A stretch of 64,000 nt of DNA from Mobula hypostoma. Taxonomy: Eukaryota. Below, piece by piece: positions 1 through 12,286 of the stretch (position 1 is its first letter; the number at the start of each line of letters is the position of its first letter). The position numbers were made by a program, and so were the translations under genes. The stretch covers positions 16,120,001-16,184,000 of the forward strand of contig NC_086114.1 in NCBI RefSeq assembly GCF_963921235.1, read 5' to 3'. Below the pieces are notes generated by a model that worked only from the letters and a program-made list of their open reading frames with translations, was not told the origin of the DNA and searched no databases.

Positions 1-609
1 CTTGTTCCGGGGTCTGACCAAGCTGGCCGTTCACAGGTCGTATCAGCAATAGGTCGTACCCCACTTCCAGAGTTACGTCTGTGCCCAGGTGTCCCTGGAG
101 AGGAAGCACACAGTCTCTATGGGCACAATGGGGTTTGAATGCACTGTAGGTAATAATAATTGTATTTTAATTTGAAACTTATATAGTTATCATGCTCTGA
201 TTATTGTGTAATCAGATTATTGTTCATGAATAAACTCCTGTTAAAAAAAAATGCACAAAATGGTAAGGTCTCAAGAGGCAAGTTCAAGTTTGAGTTCAAT
301 TATCACTCAACCATACATGAATAAAGCCAAATGAAACAGCATTCCCCCAGGGCCAAGGTGCGTAACACATTACCAATAGCACACAGCACCTCGCACACAG
401 CATAAATAGCACATATGGCTACAATAACAGATAAACTTACAGTTACAAAGAAAAAAATAACATAGTGGCATGGCCTATAGATTCATGTATTTCTCCTTGC
501 AATTGTATTGTAGCTGAAGGACAAGAATGTAAGAACAAAGAATTATATTCATATAGCAATTTCTGCAAACGTTCAAGCCAATAACATAATTTGGAAGGAA
601 ACATGAAGT

Positions 610-820
610 GCTGAAGGAATTCAGCTGGTCAGGCAGCATCTGAGGTGGGAAACGGACAACTGACATTTCAGGTCAAGACGCTTCATCTGGTCCCTCCAGA
701 TGACAGGTCTCAACCCAAAACATCAACTGTCCATTTTCCTCCACAGATGCTGCCTGGCCAGCTGAGTTCTTCCAGCTCTTTATGTGTGGCTGCAGATTAC
801 AGCATCTGCAGTCTCTCGTG
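610..820. mobile_element. Head-to-head inverted Penelope-like tail (81-bp arms, 5-nt loop)
   Basis: 610-690 is the imperfect reverse complement of 696-776. Both arms carry decayed hammerhead and GATGCTGCCTG..GCTGAGTTC motifs. Confidence 0.75.
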
Positions 821-2084
821 CCTCCAATGTAACTTCAGAAATTTGTTCATTTTCACAGGAGAAGCAACAGCCAATCAAGTGGGCAAGGACTGCAGAGAGC
901 AGCAGGATGGACAGACCATTAACACTTCGATACTGTGGTATATTGTTCTCTCTTTGCACCCTCCTCACTGGGAGCTTTCTCATCCACTGAGATAAAGGGT
1001 GAAGGATTCAAACCGTTGCTCCGTTCGATGAGTGGAGGCAGCAGTACCAAGTTCAGCTTGCTGGACACACACGCCCCACTTTACTCTTAACAAACTTCTG
1101 CAGCTGCCCAGCTGAAAATATCTGTGATGGGCGGCATCACTTCCAACACACTGGAATGCAAGACACTGCAGAATAGTGGACAGAGAGAGTGGTGCGGACA
1201 GCCCAGCGCATCTGCAGTTGCGAACTTCCCATGATTCAGGACACTTACAAAGACAGGTGTGAGAAAAAAAAGGGCCCAAAGGATCATTGGGGACCTAAGT
1301 TACCCCAACCACAATCTATTCCAGCTGCTACCATCTGGGAAATGGTACCGCAGCATAAAAGCCAGAACCAACTGTCTCCAGGACAGTTTTTTCCACCAGG
1401 CCATCAGACTGATTAACTCACGCTGATTTGCTTGTATTTCTATGTTACATTGACTGTTCTATTTATTATAAATTATTATACATTACTACGATTGCACATT
1501 GCACGTTTAGACGGAGATGTAACGTAAAGATTTTTACTCCTCATGTATATGGAGGATGTAAGAAATAAAGCCAATTCAATTCAATTCATTGCCTGGTCCA
1601 TCGTGGGGACAACCCTCCCCACCACCGGCAACATCTACCGAAGGCAGCATCAACCACCACGTATCTCCACCATCCAGGTCACGCCGCCCTCTTGCTGCTA
1701 CTTTCAGAGAGGAGATACAGAATCCTAAAGTCCCACAGCATCTGGTGCATGAACAGTTAGCTTCCTACAAGCATCAGGAACGAACATGCACCACACTAAC
1801 CCTACCTCAGCAATGGAAAAGAACTATTTAAAATGTACACTGCTTATTCTGACTCCTGCACCAAAATGGATGATCCCACATTTCTACATTATATTCTACC
1901 CACCATGGACTTGTCTTTGTTTGTGACTTTTATTGCAGAAATGTCTTGTACTCTCTTCGCGCTCTTGTATAATTAATGTATAATTCTCCCTCTGTGCGTT
2001 GCCTCTAGCCCTGTGCCTGCGATGCTGCTACGAGGAAGGTTTTTCATTGCACCTGCCCCTCACATTACATGAGAACACGAATGT

Positions 2085-2410
2085 GGGGTGGCACGATAGC
2101 ACAGCGGTTAGCACATCACTTTACAGTGCCAGCAATTACCAATCAGGGGTTCAATTCCCGCCACTGCATGTAAGGGAGTTGTATGTTGTCCTACCATTGA
2201 CAGCATAGGTTCCCCCTGGCTCTTCCGTTTTCCTGCCACATTCCAAAAAGACATACAGTTAGGGTTAATACGTTGTGTGTATGCAACGTTGGTGGAAGAA
2301 CCGTAGCAACACTCGTGGGTCACCTAGCACAATCCTTGTTGATTGGATTTGACACAAATAGTGCAATTCATTGTATGTTTTGATGTATATGTAACAACCT
2401 AATTTTTCTC
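2085..2410 (+). mobile_element. tRNA-derived V-SINE (HE1-like)
   Basis: A box (TAGCACAGCGGTTAGC), B box (GGTTCAATTCC), V-domain-like core (..TTTCCTGCCACATTCCAAAAAGAC). Confidence 0.7.
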
Positions 2411-2919
2411 TTTTTACATGACGGTAAACTTGACCTGTTGGGTTCTGGGATTCCAAAGGCTCTGTGCAGTTGGCTGATAAATCTGCCTGTGATGTACCCT
2501 CCTAACATACAAACTACATCAAACACTACGTACACAGGTAGGACTCTGGAGTGTATGGCCTTGACTTAAGCCAATGATACAAACACTGGTGGCATTGTTG
2601 CTCTGGGCACAAATTAGAATTTTAAAACTCTTTGAAACTGAATTTAATCTTGATAGATGTGAGATCATACAAAAAGGTTTTTTCCCCCAAACAGGAGAAA
2701 CAATCCCTTCAGCCCTATTCATCCACACTGACCAAGGTACCCATTTGAGTTTGTCCCATTTGCCTGCATTTGGCCCATATTCTTCTGAACCTTTCCTGTC
2801 AATACACTTTTCGAAGTGTCTTTGAAATTATATTTCTATGGCAGTTCAGAATCCCAAACATATATTTAGACCCCCAATCTAGAGATCCAAATAAACTAGC
2901 AGTCAATGAGTAATAATGT

Positions 2920-3560
2920 ACTAGAACACAGAAACTGGCAGTTCAGCCCATCTAGTCTGTGCCAAACTGGTCCTTGCCTAATCCTATCTAGCTGCACCCT
3001 GACCATAGTCCTCCAACCTCCCTAGTCATGTACCTATACAAACTTCTCTAAAGTGAACCCGTGTCTACCACTTCCTCTGGCATCTCGTTCCACACTCACA
3101 CCACTCACCACCTCTGAGTGAAGAAGTTCCTCTTCAGGTTCAACTTAAATATTTCACTTTTCACCCTCAAGCTGTGACCTAGTCGCTAGTCTCATCCTGA
3201 GGACAAAAAGCCTGCTTGCATTCACCCGATCTATACCCCTCATAAATTTGCATACCTCTATCAAATCTCCCCTCAATCTTCTACATTCCAGGGAATAAAG
3301 TCCAAACCTGCGTAACCTTTCCCTATAACTCACGTCCTCAAGTCTTGCAACACTCTTGTCAAATTTTTCTGCACTCTTTCAAGCTTATTGATATTTTTCC
3401 TGCAGACTGGTGACCAGACCTGCACATAATACTCTGAATTTGGTCTCATCAAGGTCTTGTACAACTTCCACATAATATCTGAACTTCTGTACTCAGTGCC
3501 CTGATTAATGGAAGCAAATGTGCCAAAATTGCTCTTTACACCCATATCTACCTGCGATGC
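2920..3560 (-). mobile_element. CR1 LINE 3' fragment
   Basis: KLYKTLMRPNSEYYVQVWSP..KLERVQKNLTR plus CR1 3' UTR. Confidence 0.85.
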
Positions 3561-3577
3561 AGCATAAGGGCTATTCG

Positions 3578-4000
3578 ACATAGGAGCAGAAATAGGTCAT
3601 TTGACCCACCGAGTCCGCTCCACCATTCCACCATGGCTGATTTATTATCCCTCTCAACCCCATTCTCCTGCCTTCTCCCCATAACCTTTGACACACTTAC
3701 TAATCAAGAACCTATCAACCTCTGTTTTAAATATACCCAATGATTTGGTCTCCACAGCCATCTTTGGCAATGTGTTTCAAAGACTCACCACCCTCAGGCT
3801 GAAAAGGAAAGTCCTTGTATTATGAGCCTGTGCCCTCCGGTCCTAGACTCCCTAAACAGGAAACATTCTCTCCATGTCCACTCTATTTAGGCCTTTCAAT
3901 ATTCAATAGGTTTCAGTGAGATCCCCCCTCATCCTTCTAAATTCAGTGAGAACAGACCTTGAGCCAAACATTCCCCGTATGTTAACTCCTTAATTCCCCA
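3578..4000 (-). mobile_element. CR1 LINE 3' tail (second subfamily)
   Basis: CATAGGAGCAGAAATAGGTCATTT..CCATGGCTGATTTATTATCCCTCTCAACCCCATTCTCC tail shared with 46155 and 60790. Confidence 0.75.
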
Positions 4001-5934
4001 AAGTCCACTCAGCTGAAGAGTTAGTGATGGTGTCCAATGCTCCACAGAAGCCTTTCTTCAATCCACTTTGACACTGTAGCCTTCTGGCTCCCACCCCTCA
4101 TTTATCCAGCTATACCTTGTGAAAGCTCAACATTTCACCCCAAGTACTTTAGAAATGTTTCCACATGGTTCATATGTACTTCTACATGGGAAAAACAACT
4201 TTCATTTATGTGTAAAGCAAGATCCAACCATCAGCAATAAGGAATGAGGTCAAACACTGCATTTGGGTGCCGTTGATTGAGGGAGAAATGTTGGCCAAAG
4301 TGAAGGCATGTTCACCACTGATCCATGTGGTCCAGCAAAGGAGGAATGAAACACCTCACTGCCAAAGTGATAACTATTGCCAAGATGCACTTCCCAACCC
4401 AGTTTCTGAGCCCAGCAAGCTCTGAGAGAATCCAGGACATTCTGAAATGAGGCCAAGCATTCCAACTATTGATTGTCAAACCTCAACAGAGGTATGGGCA
4501 ATCTAGTGAGCAATTCAAAGTTTCCTCAAGGAAAACTTCCCAGTGAATTTGTTTCCACACCGCACTTTCCACAACCACTCGATGGCACGATGCACTTCCT
4601 AACGACAATGAAATTTACAATGAGTGTCATCACTGTTGAAAGCCAATTTGTGCATAGCTAGTTCCCACAAGTAGCAATGTGATAATCTGCACCGGGTGTT
4701 GGCAGGGGTCAGGACACTATGATAAAGTGCAAAGGAAAAAGACATAAATTGAGACTTATTGATCGTTAAAAGTAAAATAGTCTCACTCTCAAGGATTCTA
4801 CAACTCACGTTCTTCATTTTTTTTTATCTGCACAATTTGTCTTCTTTTGTACATTGATTGTCGGTCTTTGTTTATGTATAGCTTATTATCAGCAGTTTAA
4901 AATTTATGTATAAATTCTCAGAAATTATATATTTTTATTTGCACAATTTGTCTTCTTTTGCACATTAGTTGTTTGCCAGTCTTTGTTAATGTATAGCTTT
5001 TATCATAAATTCTATTGTATTTCTTTATTTTTCAATAAAAGAAAACTAATCTCAAAGTGGTGTACAGTAACCCACACATACCTTGATAATAAATTTACTT
5101 TGATTTTGACCTTGCCTCTCTTTGTAAGAATTGAATGCAAGATGCTTCCAATCAACTGTGCCCCCAATATTTCTTAAGCTCTATGGGGGCCAGGAGGCAA
5201 TTACCATATTTGAAAGGTAGAATCCCTGAGAATGCTGCGTCCTTAGTGCTGCTCTCGCGTGTCCTTTATCTGCTAACGGGAGTAAAACCTAAAGCCTTCT
5301 GAATCATAGGTGAGACCATATTTCAAACCTATACCCATCTCTGTAGTTAGAGGTCCTCCCCATTTACGAACACCTGTCAGCCCAAGCCTATGGAAGGCCA
5401 GTGGAAGGGAACCCTTCTGTCAACTGAACATGGCTTGTATTTGACAGGTTAAACATTCTAAGGTTTCTTCACTAGAGCATCACCCAAAAGAAACCCGACA
5501 CAGAAAATCACTCACACCTGGATTTGCTTCTCCATTTTACGACTGGATGCTTTAAATAAGTCTAAAATCCAACAGCAAGATGGGGAAAAAAAAGCAAGTT
5601 TTACTAGGCTTGAGAGGGGAAACGACATAAATCAATAAGCTACTTTGAACAACAAGATCAAAGTGAGTCTGGGGCAATTCCTCACATACCCAACAGCAGG
5701 ATAGAGAATGCGTGAAAAGGGGCTGGGTGGAAAAATCAGCATCATCTTAATATTTAAAGACACCATCATACTGCCAGATGTTTGAATGCGCTACAACAAT
5801 TGAGTGTAAAATTGGTAAATTGTTTATTATTTTCCCATGTATTGAGGTACAGTGAAAGACTTGTCCAGCATACCATTCATACAAATTCATTACAACAGTG
5901 CATTGAGGTGGTAAAAAAAATAACATATTACACA

Positions 5935-6436
5935 CACCTTATATTCCATCTGGGTAGCCTCCAACCTGATGGCATGAACATCGACTTCTCCAACTTCCGC
6001 TAATGCCCCACCTCCCCCTCGTACCCCATCCGTTATTTATTTTTATACACACGTTCTTTCTCTCACTCTCCTTTTTCTCCCTCTGTCCCTCTGACTGTAC
6101 CCCTTGCCCATCCTCTGGGTTTCCCCCCCCTTGTCTTTCTCCCCAGACCTCCTGTCCCATGATCCTCTCGTATCCCCTTTGCCAATCAGCTGTCCAGCTC
6201 TTGGCTCCATCCCTCCCCCTCCTGTCTTCTCCTATCATTTCGGATCTCCCCCTCCCCCCTCCCACTTTCAAATCTCTTACTAACTCTTCCTTCAGTTAGT
6301 CCTGACAAAGGGTCTCAGCCTGAAACGTCGACTGTACCTCTTCCTAGAGATGCTGCCTGGCCTGCTGTGTTCACCAGCAACTTTGATGTGTGTTGCTTGA
6401 ATTTCCAGCATCTGCAGAATTCCTGTTGTTTGTGTG
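5935..6436 (+). mobile_element. Penelope-like terminal-repeat monomer (hammerhead mutated to CTGACAA) with 13-bp TSD
   Basis: Starts with the GIY-YIG tail HLIFHLGSLQPDGMNIDFSNFR*, then CT-rich UTR, hammerhead 6298-6333 and 3' stem-loop. Flanked by AACATATTACACA at 5922-5934 and 6437-6449. Confidence 0.85.
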
Positions 6437-7812
6437 AACATATTACACAAACACAGAAAGGGCAGTGCAGGTAGACAATAAGGTACAAAGTACTGACATT
6501 TATCATGGAGGAGGCTACTATCAACTATTGCCAGCTTCAACTTGCCTCACATTTACAGAGTGGGTAAAGACAAAACCTGAGTGGTGTGTCTTTTTGAATA
6601 GATGATGAAACGTAAAACCTTGCTTGTTTTTGCCAGCTCTGAATGTATGAAGCTTTCTACTTCCTTTGTCACAGAAAATATTGTAAGACATTCACTCAGC
6701 AAACCCATCCAAAATAGTAAGTGTTTATTATAACCCTTGCACGTACACAATGAAGATGAGCTTTGTCACAAGCATATCGAAACATACAGTGAAATGTGTC
6801 ATTCTGTGTTAAATCTCATCAGCTTGAATTGCGCAGGGGGCTACTTGCCCCTTACTGCTTACTCCTCCTTCTGTTTTCTGTGTCTCTAATCGAGAAAGCT
6901 CAAGACCACAGGGTGAGTTAACAGTTGCATACAAACAGCTGTGAACTGTCAGCAGGTTTCCTGCCCCGAAAACGTTACCGAATCAGATGACATTTTATAC
7001 GTTTCCAGCTGCATGGCTTCCACCTCCGATACATGTTTATTTAATTTAATTTTAATTTGATTTTTATTTGGAGACTTGGTGCAGCGTAGTCCTTCCAGCC
7101 CAGCAACCCCTGACAACCCCGATTTAACCCTAGCCTAATCACAGGACATTTTACAATAACCAATTAAACTACCCAATACATCTTTGAACTGTGGGAGGAA
7201 ATCAGACCACCCAGGGAAATCACACGCCTTCCATGGGGAGGATGTACAGAGACTCCTTACGGAGCACGCCGGAATAAACTCTGAACTCCAACGCCCTGTG
7301 CTGTATTAGCGTCACGTTAACTGCTATGCTACCGTGGAGTACACGGTAATTAACTGATCTAAAATCCGCAGCTGCATTGGTGGGATTTGAACCGGATCAT
7401 TAAACCAGACCTCTGGCTAATGGGCCCACTAACAACCAATGTGCTATGCTGCCTCCAAACACAAATTCACAACTTTCCAACTCCGAATTGAGATTACAAC
7501 ACAGCAAGCTACGTTGTATTCCTCTGTCCCACTGTGAATTCCTGCTCTCTCTCTCCCCTTTTTTTCCCCTCTGTCCCTCTCACTATACCCCTTGCCCATC
7601 CTCTGGGCTTTTCTCCCTCTCCCCCTTTCTCCCTCTCCCCCTTTCTTCCTCTCCCCCTTTCTTTCTCCCTAGGCCTCCTGTCCCATGATCCTCTCATATC
7701 CCTTTTGCCAATCACCTGTCCAGCTCTTGGCTCCATCCCTCCCCCTCCTGTCTTCTCCTATCATTTTGGATCTCCCCCTCTCCCTCCCACTTTCAAATCT
7801 CTTCCTTCAGTT

Positions 7813-7848
7813 AGTCCTGACGAAGGGTCTCGGCCCGAAACGTTGACT
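7813..7848 (+). ncRNA. Minimal type I hammerhead ribozyme (intact core) in a Penelope-like terminal repeat
   Basis: AGTC-CTGACGA-A-GGG(TCTCGG)CCC-GAAAC-GTT-GACT: stem I AGTC/GACT, CUGANGA core, stem II, GAAA, palindromic ACGU helix III. Predicted cleavage after GUU (7844). Confidence 0.85.
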
Positions 7849-8206
7849 GTACCTCTTCCTAGAGATGCTGCCTGGCCTGCTGCGTTCACCAGCAACTTTG
7901 ATGTATGTTACCTTATATTCCCTCTGGGTAGCCTGATAGCATGAACATTGACTTCTCAAACTTATACACACATTCTTTCTCTCTCCCTCCTTTTTCTCCC
8001 CCTGTCCCTCTGACTATACCCCTTGCCCATCCTCTGGGTTCCCCCCGCCCCCGGTCTTTCTCCTTGGGCCTCCTGTCCCATGATCCTCTCACATCCCTTT
8101 TGCCTATCACCTGTCCAGCTCTTGGCTCTATCCCTCCCCCTCCTGTCTTCTCCTATCATTTTGGATCTCCCCTCTCCCTCCCACTTTCAAATCTCTTCCT
8201 TCAGTT

Positions 8207-8242
8207 AGTCCTGACGAAGGGTCTCGGCCCGAAACGTCGACT
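8207..8242 (+). ncRNA. Minimal type I hammerhead ribozyme (intact core)
   Basis: AGTC-CTGACGA-A-GGG(TCTCGG)CCC-GAAAC-GTC-GACT. Predicted cleavage after GUC (8238). Confidence 0.88.
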
Positions 8243-8447
8243 GTACCTCTTCCTAGAGATGCTGCCTGGCCTGCTGTGGTCACCAGCAACTTTGATGTGT
8301 GTTGCTTGAATTTCCAGCATCTGCAGGATTCCTCGTGTTTGCGGAAGCAAATGAATCTCAAGGTATTATATGGTGACGTATATGCTTTAATAATAAATTA
8401 ACTATGAACCTTGAAGTATCTTTGCGCTTGTTTTGTATAATCTCATA

Positions 8448-8920
8448 CATTCAGTAGCCACTTTAATAGGTACACCTGTACATTATTGCAAATATCTAAT
8501 CAACCAATCATGTGGCAGTAACTCGATGCATAAAAGCATGCAGACATGCTCAAGGTGGTCAGTTGTTGTTCAGACCAAAATCTCAAAATGAGGAAGAATG
8601 ACTTTGACTGTGGAATGATTGCTGGTACCAGATGGGATGGTCTGAGTATTTCAGAAACTGCTGATCTCCTGGGATTTTCATGCATGACAGTCTCTAGAGT
8701 TTGCAGGGAATGATGCCAGAAACAAAAAAAAATCCAGTGAACAGCAGTTCTGTGAATGAAAACATCTTGTGAATGAGAGAAATCAGAGTAGAATGTCCAG
8801 ACTGGTTCAAGCTGACAGGAAGGCAACAGCAACACAAATGTGTTACAACCATGGTCTGCAGAAGAGCATCTCTTAATGTCCAACCTTGAAGTGGATGGCT
8901 ACAGCAGAAGACCACAAACT
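8448..8920 (+). mobile_element. Tc1/mariner 5' fragment (same family as 12287)
   Basis: CATTCAGTAGCCACTTTAATAGGTACACCTG TIR plus transposase HTH remnant (ISETADLLGFS). Confidence 0.8.
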
Positions 8921-9879
8921 TACTATTCCAGAATTCTACATAGATCAGAGATAAAACACTAAATTCAGCTTCTGCTCAGGCTGATGTGAACAATAAATTT
9001 AAAAGGAATCCCTCATCTGAGAGGCAGCACAAAGTCAAATACTTAATTCTCTTTGGAAAGTCTGTAAGAGCTTTTTGTCACAACACTATGAGCAATCTTT
9101 GGAGAAGGGTAGCTTCTAAAACCAAATAAATCAGGAGGTGCAGCATTTGAGAGTAGCAGGCAGCAGCTGTGTTTATTCAGAAGGCTATCTTTAATCCTCT
9201 GGCTTCTTGTCATTATCTCAGGCTAGAGGCCATTATCTCCAACTGGTCTCCATCTTCTTGTAGGTGACATGTTAAATGTAATTCAACACCAGAATTTTTA
9301 TACTAATCAGAAGCCCTTTGTCAGGCTTTATCTAACTACAATTACCACATGACCTATTAATAATCCCTTCCAAATGGAAGTCCAAATTGACTCCTAGCAA
9401 TGGCTACCAGATATAAGATTTCCAGGACAACTAGATAATTAGTTCAGTAACCCTTTCCTTGCCTTTGAATCTGTCATTCCGCAGTCCTCTAAGGAGGAAG
9501 GAGCTAAGAACTCTTTCTGAACCTCTTGACAAAGGCTGAGGCATGGCAGGTTCACAGGTTAGGTTACAGGGATAGCTATTCATGGACCTAAACCATGAAT
9601 AGATGTCTTGTGTTTGAAACCCAACATGGCAGCTATTGAACTGGATCAATCTAAATATTAGACTCCTATCAGTGATGGTGACAGTGTAAATGACCCTGTT
9701 TTCAATAGATTTGTCACAGAAGGAAATCTGCCCTCCTTTCTTGGTCTGCCCTCCGTATTTTAAAGCTAATGAACTTCTGCTGGTACTACTAATGTCCAAA
9801 TATCAATCAGTAATTATTTAAAATAGAGCAGGAAAGGGTGGAGTGGGCGTTGGGTTGGCCAACGCAGGAGCAGAGATCA

Positions 9880-10440
9880 GGATCAGAATCAGGTTTAGTA
9901 TCACTGACATATGTCAGGAAATTTGACATTTTGTGGTAGCAGGACTGTGTAAGGCATAACAATTACTTTAATTAACTTACAATAAAAGCAAATAAAACTG
10001 CTGAAGAGGAATAGCGAGGTGGTGTTCATGGACTGTTCTGAAATCTGATGGCAGAGGGGAAGAAGCTGCCTCTAAGATGTTGCATGTGAGGGTTCAGGCT
10101 CCTGTACCTCCCCCCTGATGGCAGCAATGAGACAAGTGCACGTCATGGATGTGAGGGTCTTTAATGATGGAGGTCGCCTTTTTCAGACACTGCCTTTTGA
10201 AGATGTCCTCGAAGGTGGAGAGGCTTGTGCCCCTGATGGAGCTGGCTGAGTCTACAACGCTCTGCAGTTTTTTCCGATCCTGTACGTTGGCACCTCCATA
10301 CCAGACGGTGATGTAGCCAGTCAGAATGCTGTTAGTAGTACAAATTTACTAGTCACTGGTGACATACCAATTCTCCTCAAATGTCTAATGAAGTTTATCC
10401 ACTGGTGTGCTTTCTTCATGTTTGCATCAATATTTCATTG
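9880..10440 (-). mobile_element. Rex1/Babar LINE 3' fragment
   Basis: Reverse complement of the same C-terminal region (TCCATACCAGACGGTGATG..GTCAGAATGCT) with a (GAATCA)n tail. Confidence 0.7.
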
Positions 10441-11205
10441 AGGTCCATGCCCAATAGCTTTGAAGTTGGACCCACGTCTCAGGTCAAGAAGTCCTAAATC
10501 TCAGCTTTTGCTCACAATGGTTTTATTGGTGAGAATCAGCATGTGGATAACTGGATACAAATGGCAGAGGGGGCACTGGAATTGGCATATGCACCCATCA
10601 AACCAGGCACTTCCACTCCCAGTTTCTGCCCTTTATATCCCCCTGTCATATGGTGCTGATGCTCTGCAAAGCAATGATTAGTCTTTCATGGACTGCTAGA
10701 CAATCACTGCCAGGCTGTCGCCCGAAGTGAAAACTGATGGGTGAGATACAGGAAGCTAAGGAATGCTGCTTAGGTGAAGTCAATGAGTGGGCCATAAGGG
10801 GAGACAGAGGCAGGTAGGGTAGTAGAGATAGCCCTCAGCATAGACGGTCGGTGCCTCATCCAGCTGTCCAACAGTGCAGTAATCCGAAACACAAAATGAT
10901 GCCCCTCAGTACCCCAGAAATTAGGAAACACACGTACACAGAGTGGCACACACAAAATATTGGAGGAGCTCAGCTGGTCAAAAGGTCAGAAGGGCTTATT
11001 TCGTGTTGCACCCCTAAATAAAAATAAGCAAATAAAAATAAATTTAAAAATAAAATATCCCATAAATGACATCAACTTAAAAACACAGTCGGTACATTGC
11101 TGAGGGAGATGCTAAATGCATGTCCACTGAACTTATGTAATTCAGTTCTATTATGGTCATTCCATGCAAGGTACAAATCAAGGGACAAACTTCTACCTCC
11201 TACTT

Positions 11206-11286
11206 CAGGGGTTCCCAACCTGGGGCTCACAGACCCATCAGTTAATGGTAAGGCTCCAAGGCATAAAAAAAGGTTGGGAACCTCTG
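11206..11286. mobile_element. 81-bp hAT-Charlie-type MITE
   Basis: TIRs CAGGGGTTCCCAACC / GGTTGGGAACCTCTG; degenerate 8-bp TSD TCCTACTT / TTCTATTT. Confidence 0.75.
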
Positions 11287-11449
11287 TTCTATTTAATAAT
11301 AGATGATTATTTCTCTAAATTTATTATCCTCGTCATTTAAATGGCAATGTATATCAACACCATTGTTTGAGATGGAGTCAGGTATCCAACCTGGATCCAA
11401 AAAGGCCAGTTTATATGGGTCAGCCATGAAAGAAATTATAAATCTTTGG

Positions 11450-11570
11450 GATTGGTTGCACAGAGCTCAGCCTGGTGTGTGATTGGTTGCTGGGAGCTCA
11501 GCCTGGTGTGTGATTGGTTGCTGGGAGCTCAGTCCTGTGTGTGGTTGGCCACCCAGGGCTCAGGTTGGTA
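11450..11570. repeat. 31-bp tandem repeat (~4 copies)
   Basis: GATTGGTTGCTGGGAGCTCAGCCTGGTGTGT; starts at 11450, 11481, 11512, 11543. Confidence 0.9.
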
Positions 11571-12286
11571 CACAAATGCTTGTCATTGGCTTCACTGTCC
11601 TCAGCTCTACGGTCAACGGGTCATCTACAGCTCAGTTCTGAATTTCAAAAAGACACTTGAGCAAGTTAAATTCAAGCAGTTATAAATGAGTTTTGAATTA
11701 AAAACAACACAATTGGTATCAGTGAACAGCGATGATGAAAATGCCTTTTTTGTCATAAAATCCCATCTGGTTCACTGACATCCTTGAAGAAAGCATTTTG
11801 AGCTGGCCTTACATTTTACCCGAGATTCACAAAAAAATTCCCAAATGTCCCAGCAAGGCATCCCTAATTGCCGACCTTATCAGCAATGTCTACTTTCCAC
11901 TAACAATTAAAATAATTCTGTTTAGAAATAATAGAGGGAAATTAAAACTTAATGAATCATTCACTAGAAATGAAAATTGCTGGCATTTCTGGACAGAAAA
12001 AAGTCAACCTCATTACTGCGGGCCAGACTGGGTGAAGAAGGCAATTTCCTTCCCTGTAGCGAACCAGACAGGAATTTTACCGTGCACAATATCACTGAAG
12101 CTAGCTTTTTGCTCCAGATTTATTTAAATGCTTCAGCTGTTGTGGTGGGATTTGACATTGCATCATCTGTGATAACCTCTGGATCCAGAAATTTAAACAC
12201 CCTGCGACTGTGTGAATCCCCTACGTTAGTGAGTGAAGGGTGAAAGCAATGAGAAATAAACTTGCACAACAAAACATTACCCCATA

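Larger units (their letters stand above)
7540..8343 (+). mobile_element. Tandem dimer of Penelope-like hammerhead-bearing repeat (~394 bp period)
   Basis: Two near-identical units. At the junction near 7910 the second unit restarts with CCTTATATTCCCTCTGGGTAGCC (GIY-YIG tail). Confidence 0.85.

Noticed and set aside
7534-8309. Pro/Leu/Ser-rich ORFs (also at 6003, 49287, 30885)
   Set aside because: Translations of the pyrimidine-rich Penelope UTR, not proteins.
9431-9799. 122-aa ORF in unique sequence (also 15568-15957, 25676-26101, 41160-41615)
   Set aside because: No recognisable domain or supported exon structure, and three of the four start at non-ATG codons; lengths are compatible with chance.
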